64,000 nt of DNA, taken from the NCBI RefSeq assembly GCF_050320075.1, contig NZ_CP190018.1, one strand, 5' to 3'. Under the pieces are notes generated by a model. That model was not told the origin of the DNA and ran no database searches. It saw only the letters and a list, made by a program, of their open reading frames with translations. Source of the DNA: Escherichia coli (GTDB taxonomy: Bacteria; Pseudomonadota; Gammaproteobacteria; Enterobacterales; Enterobacteriaceae). Shown here in pieces: positions 40,200-49,495 of the stretch. Position 1 is the first letter of the stretch. Every line of letters starts with the position of its first letter. A program made the translations under genes and the position numbers.

Positions 40200-41150
40200 T
40201 TACGTTTTAATAATATGGGTGCCCGTTTCACCGCGCAGCGCCGCAAGCAGGCATTCCGGCGTGGTGATAATCACTTCTTTGCCGCCCTGTTCCAGGAACG
40301 TCAGGCTGGCGATGATTTTTGGCAACATGCTGCCAGGCGGAAAATGCCCTTCCTGCATATAGCGGGTCATGGTGGCAATATCCACCCGATCGAGCGCCTG
40401 CTGCTGCGGTTTGCCAAAGTGAATACACACTTTTTCGACGCCAGTGGTGATCACCAGAATGTCGGCGTGAATTTCACGGGCCAATAGCGCGGTAGAGAGA
40501 TCTTTGTCGATAACCGCGTCCACGCTTTGGTAATCCCCCGCTTCACTGCACACCACCGGAATTCCGCCACCGCCCGCGCCAATCACCACAAAGCCTTGTT
40601 GGATCAGCGCCTTAATGGCAGGTGCTTCTACAATACGTTGCGGTTCCGGCGAGGCGACCACGCGGCGATAGCCCCGTCCGGCATCTTCAACAAAACGCCA
40701 GTCAGGGTTTGCCTTTTGTAATTCGTCACGCTGGCTGTCACTAAAGAATGCGCCGATGGGCTTGGTGGGATGAGCAAAACCCGGATCGTTTTTATCCACT
40801 TCCACCTGAGTCACCACGGTGACGGCTTTTTTCTCGCCATGACGCGCCAGTCGGTTGTTCAGCGCCTGTTGGATCAAGTAGCCAATGCCGCCTTGCGTAT
40901 CCGCCACACAGTTCGCCAGCGGCGTTAAGGGCAGCCCTTCGCGCTCGTGGGCAATCTCCGCGCGGCGTAAATCCAAACCGACCTGCGGTCCGTTGCCGTG
41001 GGTCAGCACAATGTCGTAATCGGAAGCCAGCATTTCCAGCACCGTATCGGCGACGGCTTTCACCGCCTCCGCCTGATGCTCAATCGACTGGCTGGCGTTA
41101 TCTTTGATAATGCTGTTGCCACCAATGGCAACGACCACAAGTTCTTTCAT
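40200..41150 (-). CDS. yahI: carbamate kinase-like protein
   Basis: ORF 40200..41267; start placed at MKELVVVAIGGNSI (316 aa); amino-acid-kinase-family N-terminus. Confidence 0.9.
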   Translation of the reverse strand: MKELVVVAIGGNSIIKDNASQSIEHQAEAVKAVADTVLEMLASDYDIVLTHGNGPQVGLDLRRAEIAHEREGLPLTPLANCVADTQGGIGYLIQQALNNRLARHGEKKAVTVVTQVEVDKNDPGFAHPTKPIGAFFSDSQRDELQKANPDWRFVEDAGRGYRRVVASPEPQRIVEAPAIKALIQQGFVVIGAGGGGIPVVCSEAGDYQSVDAVIDKDLSTALLAREIHADILVITTGVEKVCIHFGKPQQQALDRVDIATMTRYMQEGHFPPGSMLPKIIASLTFLEQGGKEVIITTPECLLAALRGETGTHIIKT

Positions 41151-41245
41151 ATTGTTATGTCCGCTACAGAGGGTGATGGGGTTATGAGAGTGAGGTTGCC
41201 CCTCTCCCCAGAAGGAAGAAGGGATCGTAAGGTGCAGTTGGAGGG

Positions 41246-42664
41246 TCAGACGCCGTAACGTTCGCACCAGCCAAGAATGGCTTTCTCGAAGCAGGCGAAT
41301 GGTGGATGCACAATGCCCGCGCCAATCATGCCAACGCCCGCATCTTTATGGGCAATGGCGGTGTTGATCACCGGCAGAATGCCGCTACTGCCCACGCGGG
41401 TGATGTCGATTGCCGACGGCACGCCCATAAAACCGAGCAGCGGAATGGTGACGTTGGGGTTTTCACCGAGAGTGATTTCGCGCATCTGACGGGAGAAATC
41501 GATAGCCTCTTCCACCGTGCCGCCCACCAGCGCGACGATCGCGGGCGCGGTAGCCATAGCAAATCCACCAATGCCGTAGGTTTCGGTGATGGCGCTGTCG
41601 CCAATATCCAGCCCCGAATCTTCCGGCTTATAACCGGCAAACATCGGGCCGATCACCTGCTGCGCCGGACCGGTAAACCATTGCCCCGGTAATCCGCTGA
41701 CCCGCAGGCCGAACTCGACGCCGTTACGCGCCATCGTGGTGACCACGGTGCTGTATTCGATGCCGTGCGCCGCATCCATCGCCGCTTTACACATCGCCAT
41801 CCACGTCGGGCCGGAGAAGTAGTCGCTGCTGGCGACAAACTCAAACACTTCGCGCTGTTGCTCGACGGAATAACCTGCCTGAATAATCCCCGGCGTCAGC
41901 GCCTGAATCAGCAGCGTCGTCCCGGCGTTATTACGGTTATGGCATTCATCGCCCATATGCAGCGCCTGCGCCAGCATTAAGCGCAGATCGATTTCGCCGA
42001 TAATTTTCATCGCGTCGCGCAGCATTGGCCCCTGCACATCGCGCATCCAGTTGAGGCGGTCAATCACGCTCTGGTCGTTAGCGCCCATACGCAAAATCTT
42101 CGCCATCTGCTCGCTCATATTGGTGTAAGCGATGTTGCCGTAGGTTTTGTTTTTTACGATGTGCATAAACATCGAGGCCGAGGTAACACCTGCCATCGAT
42201 CCCACACAGTCGTGTTCATGGCACGGCGAGAAGGTGATCTCCCCGGAGGCCGCCAAGTCAGCCGCCTCGTCGAGATCTTTCGCCAGCCCTTCGAACACCA
42301 GCGCCCCGGTGACCGCGCCTTTCATTGCGCCGCACATTTTTTCCCAGGTCACTGGCGGCCCGGCGTGAAGAATGGTTTTCGGCGTCATTCCCGGCACCAC
42401 GTTAATCGCCTGATCAAAACCAATCAGCACCGGATGCGACTGGATAATGCGCTCCAGCGCCTGCTGGTTAGCGGCGGCGATTTTGTCTGCCAGCGGCGAA
42501 TCGGCAATGTTATCCAGCGCCTGCACCACCTGCATATTGCCCTGCCCCGGCGGCGTCCAGTCGAGTTGGGTCACTTCTACATGCTGCTTTTTCAAATCAT
42601 CGCTAAACATGGCGATGCCGACGTTAATAACGTTCAACGGTTGGCTAAACAGTGACTGGCTCAT
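41246..42664 (-). CDS. yahG: DUF1116-family protein
   Basis: 472-aa ORF; 1-bp stop/start overlap with yahF. Confidence 0.85.
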   Translation of the reverse strand: MSQSLFSQPLNVINVGIAMFSDDLKKQHVEVTQLDWTPPGQGNMQVVQALDNIADSPLADKIAAANQQALERIIQSHPVLIGFDQAINVVPGMTPKTILHAGPPVTWEKMCGAMKGAVTGALVFEGLAKDLDEAADLAASGEITFSPCHEHDCVGSMAGVTSASMFMHIVKNKTYGNIAYTNMSEQMAKILRMGANDQSVIDRLNWMRDVQGPMLRDAMKIIGEIDLRLMLAQALHMGDECHNRNNAGTTLLIQALTPGIIQAGYSVEQQREVFEFVASSDYFSGPTWMAMCKAAMDAAHGIEYSTVVTTMARNGVEFGLRVSGLPGQWFTGPAQQVIGPMFAGYKPEDSGLDIGDSAITETYGIGGFAMATAPAIVALVGGTVEEAIDFSRQMREITLGENPNVTIPLLGFMGVPSAIDITRVGSSGILPVINTAIAHKDAGVGMIGAGIVHPPFACFEKAILGWCERYGV

Positions 42665-44211
42665 CAGGCTTCCTCCCCTTTGCAGATAAATTCACGCGCC
42701 AGCAATCCGGTATTGGTGCTGCTGCTTGCCAGAATTACCCCAGCATCAAGCAGCATCTGGCTTTGTTGTTCTAACGATGGCGTATCGAGATCGGTACCCA
42801 GCACATAGGCGAGAATGATCAACTCGCGCCCTTCGGCAGCGGCGATCGCTTTCGCCTCTTTGATCGCCTCGATGGTGGAACCGACCGGATCTTCATGCGA
42901 TCCAAACCCGAGCACAAAATCCATCACGATCACCGCCACTTCTGGATCGTGCGCCTCTTCGATCAAGCGGCTGATACGGTTGGTGGGGTCAATCATTGGA
43001 TGCGGCTTGCCGTTGGTGAAGTCGTCATCGCCAAAGTCGAGGAAGGTGTGTTTGATGCTGCGGTTGATATCTTGCAGGCGGAATTCAGGATCGGGCTGAA
43101 TGTTGCTGTAGACATCGCCATGTTTTTCCATCACCGCGAACATGGTTTCGTCACACAGCGTACCGCCGCAGAACAGGCCACGAATGTATTTCTGTTGCGG
43201 CTTCAGGCGAGCGCGCACGTCAGCAATCAATGGCTGGTTCAGGGTATGCAGATCGAGATGTTCCTGTTTCACGCCGGAGAGCATCACCGCTTTCAGCGCC
43301 GCTTCTTTGCTGCCGCGGGCAAACTTTAGCCCCTGCTCATCCACTGGCGTTTCGCCACGACCGAGGAAGCAGACCACCACCGGCTTGCGGCAGGCGCGTG
43401 CGCGTTCCAGCACTTTGCGGGCCACCGCAGGCGCAGGCGGTTTGGAGATAAGCACAATAATTTCAGTTTGCGGATCGTTTTCCAGCATCCCGATGGCGTC
43501 GAGCATCATCAGGCCGCCGATTTTCTCGCTCAGGTCGCGCCCGCCGGTGCCGATCAGTTGCGAAACGCCGCCGCCAAATTCATGGATACGGACGCTCAGC
43601 TCCTGGCTACCGGTGCCGGATGCGCCAACAATGCCGATGTTGCCGCGACGCACGGCGTTACCAAAGCAGAGCGCCGCGCCGTTGATAATCGCCGTACCGC
43701 AGTCTGGCCCCATCATCAGCAGCCCTTTTTCGTGGGCCAACTGTTTGAGCGCCAGTTCATCTTCAACTGAGACGTTATCGGAAAACAGCATCACGTTAAG
43801 ATCGTTTTGCAGCGCCTGACGCGCTTCGCGAGCGGCAAACAGACCGTTGACCGAAATCACCGCCAGGTTACTTTCCGGGATATGCTTTTTGGCGCTGGCA
43901 ATAGTGGCGTAACGCGCCTCGTGCGGGCCGCTTTGCGCTTTGCTGTTGAACAGTTCTTCAATCTCCACCAGCAACTGCTCGTTGTCTGCGCCCGATTTAC
44001 CATTGATGACAATCATCAGGTCACCGTTTTTCGCCTGCTCCAGCTCCGGCGTCAGCAGCCCTAAATTCTTCAGCACGCCTTTGTTCATTTCGGTCGCCAT
44101 CGCCACAAATGCCTGCTCGACGCCGTCAAGTTTATTTGCACGCGTGGAGATAGACATCAGCGAGACAGAATCAAAATAGGTATTCGGTTTAATGACTATT
44201 TTAACTGACAT
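42664..44211 (-). CDS. yahF: FdrA-like protein (CoA-binding, succinyl-CoA-synthetase-alpha-like fold)
   Basis: 515-aa ORF with two Gly-rich CoA/nucleotide-binding-like segments. Confidence 0.85.
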   Translation of the reverse strand: MSVKIVIKPNTYFDSVSLMSISTRANKLDGVEQAFVAMATEMNKGVLKNLGLLTPELEQAKNGDLMIVINGKSGADNEQLLVEIEELFNSKAQSGPHEARYATIASAKKHIPESNLAVISVNGLFAAREARQALQNDLNVMLFSDNVSVEDELALKQLAHEKGLLMMGPDCGTAIINGAALCFGNAVRRGNIGIVGASGTGSQELSVRIHEFGGGVSQLIGTGGRDLSEKIGGLMMLDAIGMLENDPQTEIIVLISKPPAPAVARKVLERARACRKPVVVCFLGRGETPVDEQGLKFARGSKEAALKAVMLSGVKQEHLDLHTLNQPLIADVRARLKPQQKYIRGLFCGGTLCDETMFAVMEKHGDVYSNIQPDPEFRLQDINRSIKHTFLDFGDDDFTNGKPHPMIDPTNRISRLIEEAHDPEVAVIVMDFVLGFGSHEDPVGSTIEAIKEAKAIAAAEGRELIILAYVLGTDLDTPSLEQQSQMLLDAGVILASSSTNTGLLAREFICKGEEA

Positions 44212-45064
44212 AATTCCCTCCGTAGGTTTGGCTCAGCGCACAACCATCGGCCATGCCATACAGCATGTCGCAGCCGGAACTGGAGCCAATATGTTTAATT
44301 TTTTCTATTGCCTGAGTTGCGTTCCCAGGGATGTCATAAATAATGTTATGAATAAAACGATGAATATCTTCCCGGCAGCGTTGTTGTAATGCGGCTTCCA
44401 GCGTTATGGCACTTAATAACGTGGTATTATTTCTGCCGCGTTGCAGACCGAGATAAAATTCCTCTTTGTATTTTTCCGCCGGATGCCCAGGAATAAATAA
44501 AATAAGCGCCAGACCTGTTAAATAATCGTCGGCTGATGGCGTAAGGCCAATCCCTAAGCCCATCATACTGGCGACCGCTGAGGCGATATTTTGTTTATCG
44601 TTTACGGCCTGAATAACTGCCCGTCGTTTAATATGTAATTCTTTATTTAACGCCTGATAAAACGGATTATCGCCGCAATAATTAAACAGGGTTTCATTTT
44701 CCCCCAGGTGCTGATGAATAATGTCATGCCACTGTTGCCAGGCGATAAGGTGAAAATTCACAGCGGTCATTTGCAAGGTTGGGGACAGCCAACGCCGACA
44801 ACGACTCATCTCTATATGAAGATGTTGACCAACCGTAATGCCTTGATCGTCAAACTGAACCTTATCACCATGCCGGAACAGACCATCAAAGTGAGTGAGT
44901 GCCAACCGACAACTGTTTGGCGCATTGTCGTACTCTTCACAAAGCAGCGTCAGCAACTGCTGGCGGGCCGGAAGTGCGATATTTACCGCTCTGGCAAAGA
45001 CCTGTTCAACCTGTCCTTGCCCCCGCTGCGCCAGAAAATCAGCATCCGCAGTTAGCGCCCACAC
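44201..45064 (-). CDS. yahE: DUF2877-family protein
   Basis: 287-aa ORF overlapping the yahF start by 11 bp. Confidence 0.85.
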   Translation of the reverse strand: MWALTADADFLAQRGQGQVEQVFARAVNIALPARQQLLTLLCEEYDNAPNSCRLALTHFDGLFRHGDKVQFDDQGITVGQHLHIEMSRCRRWLSPTLQMTAVNFHLIAWQQWHDIIHQHLGENETLFNYCGDNPFYQALNKELHIKRRAVIQAVNDKQNIASAVASMMGLGIGLTPSADDYLTGLALILFIPGHPAEKYKEEFYLGLQRGRNNTTLLSAITLEAALQQRCREDIHRFIHNIIYDIPGNATQAIEKIKHIGSSSGCDMLYGMADGCALSQTYGGNYVS

Positions 45065-45103
45065 ACACCGTCTTTCTGGTGTGTTGATAGCAAGCCTCCC
45101 GGT

Positions 45104-45709
45104 TTATGCACCTGCGGCCATCAGTAACTGCGCAATCTCTTCAAAGCCTCGTTCCCGCGCCAGTTCCAGCGGCGTTTTGCCATATTTATCCGTCATGTGC
45201 GGGCTGGCACCGTGTTCCAGCAATAACTGGACAATCGCCTGCTGTTTAATCCCGCCATCATTAAGCACAATTGCTTCCAGTAGCGGCGTCCAGCCAACAT
45301 GGTTGGTCTGGTTAACGTTAATCTCCGTATGCGCCAAAAGCTCTTTTACAATACTTAAATGGCCTTTTTCACAGGCAGGCGTCAGGCCGACACCGCCAAA
45401 ACGGGTGACGCAATTAAGATCGGGTTTAGCCGGTAAAATAATCCGTAACAGGGTTAAATCGCCGGTCAGGCAGCTAATTAAAAAAGGATTTGAACATATT
45501 TGATCTTGCTTATTAATATCTGCTCCGGCATCAATTAATGCCTGAACGCAAGCATATTGCTGATATAAACTTGCCAGCGTAATTGCCGTTTTCCCCTGAC
45601 GATCGCAGGTATTAATATCGACACCCAGCGCAAGGCAGGTTTTTACTTTATCGATATCACCCTGTTGCGCAGCCAATAAATAGTCGGCAGGTAGATTTTT
45701 TATAGTCAT
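45104..45709 (-). CDS. yahD: ankyrin-repeat protein
   Basis: 201-aa ORF with repeated G-TPL--A---G motifs typical of ankyrin repeats. Confidence 0.88.
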   Translation of the reverse strand: MTIKNLPADYLLAAQQGDIDKVKTCLALGVDINTCDRQGKTAITLASLYQQYACVQALIDAGADINKQDQICSNPFLISCLTGDLTLLRIILPAKPDLNCVTRFGGVGLTPACEKGHLSIVKELLAHTEINVNQTNHVGWTPLLEAIVLNDGGIKQQAIVQLLLEHGASPHMTDKYGKTPLELARERGFEEIAQLLMAAGA

Positions 45710-45966
45710 TCACATTCCCCTGGTTTTTGTGGCTGTTTTCGATGAATTGAGAATAGCAACGATAATCTGATAAAAGAACCCGCTTAAATTTAATTCGCCG
45801 TATTTCGCCTTTTTGTTGAATGATGTTCAACAATCTTTTCGCAGTGTGCGGTAGTGCAATATTTGTTTCTTTGACCCGATACCCTTTCACTCAATCAGGT
45901 TTTATTTCTCTATAGTCTGCACATGTAAGAGTAGCTTTCGTCCATGTCTAACCAGAGGGGAACAAG

Positions 45967-46464
45967 ATGAACGGACTCACGGCAACGGGTGTCACCGTCG
46001 GTATTTGTGCAGGGCTTTGGCAGTTAGTGTCTTCACATGTTGGGCTCTCTCAGGGATGGGAATTATTAGGAACCATTGGCTTCGTCGCCTTTTGCAGTTT
46101 TTATGCCGCAGGCGGCGGTAAAACGGGGTTTATCAGAAGCCTGGCGGTTAATTATTCCGGGATGGTGTGGGCGTTTTTCGCCGCGCTGGCTGCCGGTTGG
46201 CTGGCCTCGGTGAGTGGATTGTCCACGTTCTGGGCGAGCGTGATTATGACTGTACCCTTCTCGGCGGTAGTGGTCTGGCAAGGACGTTTCGGTTTATTGT
46301 CTTTTATTCCCGGAGGCTTTCTCGGCATGACGCTATTTTTTGCCAGCGGGATGAACTGGACGGTGACATTACTGGGTTTTCTGGCGGGTAACTGCGTGGG
46401 GATAATTTCAGAATATGGCGGACAAAAATTAAGCGAAGCGACGACTAAACGCGACGGGTATTAA
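45967..46464 (+). CDS. yahC: small inner-membrane protein
   Basis: 165-aa ORF with four predicted hydrophobic helices; divergent from yahD. Confidence 0.8.
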   Translation: MNGLTATGVTVGICAGLWQLVSSHVGLSQGWELLGTIGFVAFCSFYAAGGGKTGFIRSLAVNYSGMVWAFFAALAAGWLASVSGLSTFWASVIMTVPFSAVVVWQGRFGLLSFIPGGFLGMTLFFASGMNWTVTLLGFLAGNCVGIISEYGGQKLSEATTKRDGY

Positions 46465-46555
46465 AAGTTATTCAAAAATGATTATCTATCTTTAACCGAT
46501 ACCTCTACAGTCATGGCTGGAGAAATTCATAGTAGATAATGGCGGGAATGGTTTA

Positions 46556-47488
46556 ATGAACTCAATTTTTACCGAAGAGAATCTGTTGGCATTTACTACC
46601 GCTGCGCGTTTTGGCAGCTTCAGTAAAGCCGCAGAAGAGTTGGGTTTAACCACTTCCGCCATTAGCTACACCATCAAGCGAATGGAAACAGGGCTGGATG
46701 TGGTGCTGTTCACTCGCAGTACCCGAAGCATTGAGTTAACGGAGTCCGGGCGTTATTTTTTCCGCAAAGCTACCGACCTGCTGAATGATTTTCACGCCAT
46801 CAAACGCAGCATCGATACTATTTCGCAGGGTATAGAAGCACGGGTGCGCATTTGTATTAACCAACTGCTTTATACGCCCAAACACACCGCACGCTTATTA
46901 CAGGTACTGAAAAAGCAGTTTCCTACCTGCCAGATTACCGTCACCACCGAAGTGTATAACGGCGTCTGGGATGCGATTATTAATAATCAGGCGAATATCG
47001 CTATCGGCGCACCCGACACGCTGCTGGACGGTGGCGGCATTGATTACACGGAGATTGGCGCGATTCGCTGGGCTTTTGCCATCGCCCCGGATCACCCGTT
47101 AGCCTTTGTGCCGGAGCCGATCGCCGAAAGCCAACTGCGTCTCTACCCTAATATCATGGTGGAGGACACCGCACATACGATTAATAAAAAAGTGGGCTGG
47201 TTGCTGCATGGGCAGGAGTCAATTCTGGTGCCAGATTTCAACACCAAATGTCAGTGCCAGATTTTAGGTGAAGGAATTGGTTTTTTGCCGGATTACATGG
47301 TCCGTGAGGCGATGGCGCAATCCCTGCTGGTTACCCGACAAATCCATAATCCGCGCCAGGATTCGCGCATGTTACTGGCGACCCAGCACTCTGCCACCGG
47401 TCAGGTGACGCAGTGGATTAAAAAACAATTTTCGCCAAATGGCATATTAACGGGGATCTATCAGGATTTACTGCATCGGGAGAATTAA
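46556..47488 (+). CDS. yahB: LysR-family transcriptional regulator
   Basis: 310-aa ORF with N-terminal HTH. Confidence 0.88.
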   Translation: MNSIFTEENLLAFTTAARFGSFSKAAEELGLTTSAISYTIKRMETGLDVVLFTRSTRSIELTESGRYFFRKATDLLNDFHAIKRSIDTISQGIEARVRICINQLLYTPKHTARLLQVLKKQFPTCQITVTTEVYNGVWDAIINNQANIAIGAPDTLLDGGGIDYTEIGAIRWAFAIAPDHPLAFVPEPIAESQLRLYPNIMVEDTAHTINKKVGWLLHGQESILVPDFNTKCQCQILGEGIGFLPDYMVREAMAQSLLVTRQIHNPRQDSRMLLATQHSATGQVTQWIKKQFSPNGILTGIYQDLLHREN

Positions 47489-47529
47489 TCGCTGCCAACT
47501 TCCCGATGCGCTGTGAATAGCGGTTTACA

Positions 47530-48624
47530 TCAACCACCTGCTTTCATTACCCATTCAGAGATAAATTTATTACCCGGTACTGGCGGAGAGTACAAATAGC
47601 CCTGCAAAAAGTGAACGCCTTTGCCGATCATTAAATCCGCCTGCTCCTGGGTTTCTACCCCTTCCGCCACGATACTCAGACCAGGCTTACGCGCCAGTTC
47701 GACAATATTGTCCACAATATGACCGGATATTTCGTCCACGCTCGCCATTTGCACAAATGACTTATCGATCTTAATAAAATCGACCGGGAACGCCTGCAAG
47801 TAACGATAGGTCGCATAACCCGTACCAAAGTCATCCAGCGCAAAGGTAATGTTGTGCTGATGAAGGCTGTCAAATATCGCTCTGGCTTCTGGCGTTACCG
47901 GAATAGGGTTACGTTCCGTTAGCTCGAGAACCAGTTTGATTTTATCGTTACCTAATTTCTTAACCAGGTTCAGGCATTCTTTTTCAAATCCCGCAGCCAA
48001 AAAACAACCCGCCGAGACGTTGATGCCAATATGGAAATTGTCCGGCAGCAAATGTTTTACCGGCATCAGAATATCCGCAGTCTGTTTCATCAACTGGCGA
48101 GTCATTATGACGATAAGACCAGATGACTCCGCCAGAGGAATAAACTGATCCGGTGGGATAATTCCCGTTTGTGGATGTTCCCAGCGGACAAGCACCTCAC
48201 AGCCCGTCAGTACCCCAGTCTGCGCGCAGAAAACCGGTTGGATCCACGGTTTAAATTCATGGTTTTCCAACGCCAGACTGATGGCTTCAGGCGTGACGAT
48301 ATGGTGATAGTGATTATCATTAATATATTTGTGACTATTATTACCCGTGGCGGATATGATCTCCGGATTGTACTGAAAGAAAATATCCCGCCAGAAAGTA
48401 ATATCGCTCTGAATCCCCAGTTTCTCAAAGAGCTGTTTCTTTTGATGTGAAATGGTCTTTGCACTGCGATTTCTGTACTGTGATATTTCTGTTACAGACA
48501 TTCCCTGCATCAGCAGCTTGAGTAGCAGTCGTTCTTTCTCGGATACGCTACCAGGCAATGACAAATGAACCGTTGTACCGAACTCTTGCAGAAAAACACG
48601 AAAATCACATGAATTCATGAACAC
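47530..48624 (-). CDS. pdeL: c-di-GMP phosphodiesterase with LuxR-type HTH and EAL domain
   Basis: 364-aa ORF; N-terminal LuxR HTH (LLKLLMQGMSVTEISQYRNRSAKTIS) and C-terminal EAL-domain motifs. Confidence 0.9.
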   Translation of the reverse strand: MFMNSCDFRVFLQEFGTTVHLSLPGSVSEKERLLLKLLMQGMSVTEISQYRNRSAKTISHQKKQLFEKLGIQSDITFWRDIFFQYNPEIISATGNNSHKYINDNHYHHIVTPEAISLALENHEFKPWIQPVFCAQTGVLTGCEVLVRWEHPQTGIIPPDQFIPLAESSGLIVIMTRQLMKQTADILMPVKHLLPDNFHIGINVSAGCFLAAGFEKECLNLVKKLGNDKIKLVLELTERNPIPVTPEARAIFDSLHQHNITFALDDFGTGYATYRYLQAFPVDFIKIDKSFVQMASVDEISGHIVDNIVELARKPGLSIVAEGVETQEQADLMIGKGVHFLQGYLYSPPVPGNKFISEWVMKAGG

Positions 48625-49450
48625 ACCTTTTATCTTTTATCGCTGTTCAGTATGAGTGATTACCTGTGGATTCCTGAGCACACATAAGGGGTAACCATAA
48701 ACATCAGCGATGCCATACGCATAACATCCCACATCACTATCAAAAAGATTATCTTTACCTCTGATGCTCGCTCAAAAACAGTTACGCTAAATACCTTAAA
48801 AAGGTAATCACAAGTCAAACTCAGGAGATAATCACGCAAGAATGCAATATTAAAATTCAGATACTCATTTTTGGTAATAAAGAAGTAGTTGGACTATTTC
48901 AATATTTATAATTTCCCACTACGTATTGACGCCCATTCATGAGTAAAGGCGCATTATATGAATTTAACAATCCAGATCAACTGAAAATACCTCAACCTCA
49001 TAAACACATAGCGTCAACATTCAATGACATAATGAGTAAAGATGTTGGTTATGCATACACGTCATTACTCTATGCCTATCCCTTAACAACCTGCTTTTTA
49101 AGGCTGAATCCATTCAGCAATAGATAGCCAACATTATAACAATGACAATAAAAACAATATTTAAAACAATCAATAAAATATCAGACACAGACAATTAAAC
49201 CTTAAACAACAAACAGTTACATTGATTTTAGTTGATTTGCGCTACGCGTTTCCCATGAATAAAGCGTCATTTCAAATTAGCACCAATATTTACATTAAAT
49301 AAGACTAAGCTTATTGAACATTCACAACAGTCCAAGCGTAGGTTTTGGGCTTCAATAGTTCTTTTCTTTTTTATTATCTGTTGCCTGGCAATCATCAATC
49401 GATACTAAGGGCTTAACTGTACACAGATATAACGTATCAAGAGGTAAGAG

Positions 49451-49482
49451 AAACCGCGCCATATGCAGACATGGCGCGGTTT
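49451..49482 (-). terminator. intrinsic terminator of betT
   Basis: GC-rich stem (ccgcgccat...atggcgcgg) 14 bp past the betT stop, followed on the transcript by a U-rich tract. Confidence 0.7.
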
Positions 49483-49495
49483 TATGCAATAACAA

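Noticed and set aside
39714-40487. 257-aa + strand ORF
   Set aside because: Antisense to yahJ and the yahI 3' end; shadow ORF.
41306-41692. 128-aa ORF in and near the yahG-yahI spacer, where K-12 has a small annotated gene
   Set aside because: It is antisense to the yahG 3' end with a low-complexity translation; the 95-bp yahG-yahI spacer holds no credible gene.
43142-43819. 225-aa + strand ORF
   Set aside because: Antisense to yahF; low-complexity Ser/Pro/Arg-rich translation.
48939-49127. 62-aa ORF in the pdeL upstream region
   Set aside because: No Shine-Dalgarno, AT-rich context, and a composition consistent with a chance ORF.
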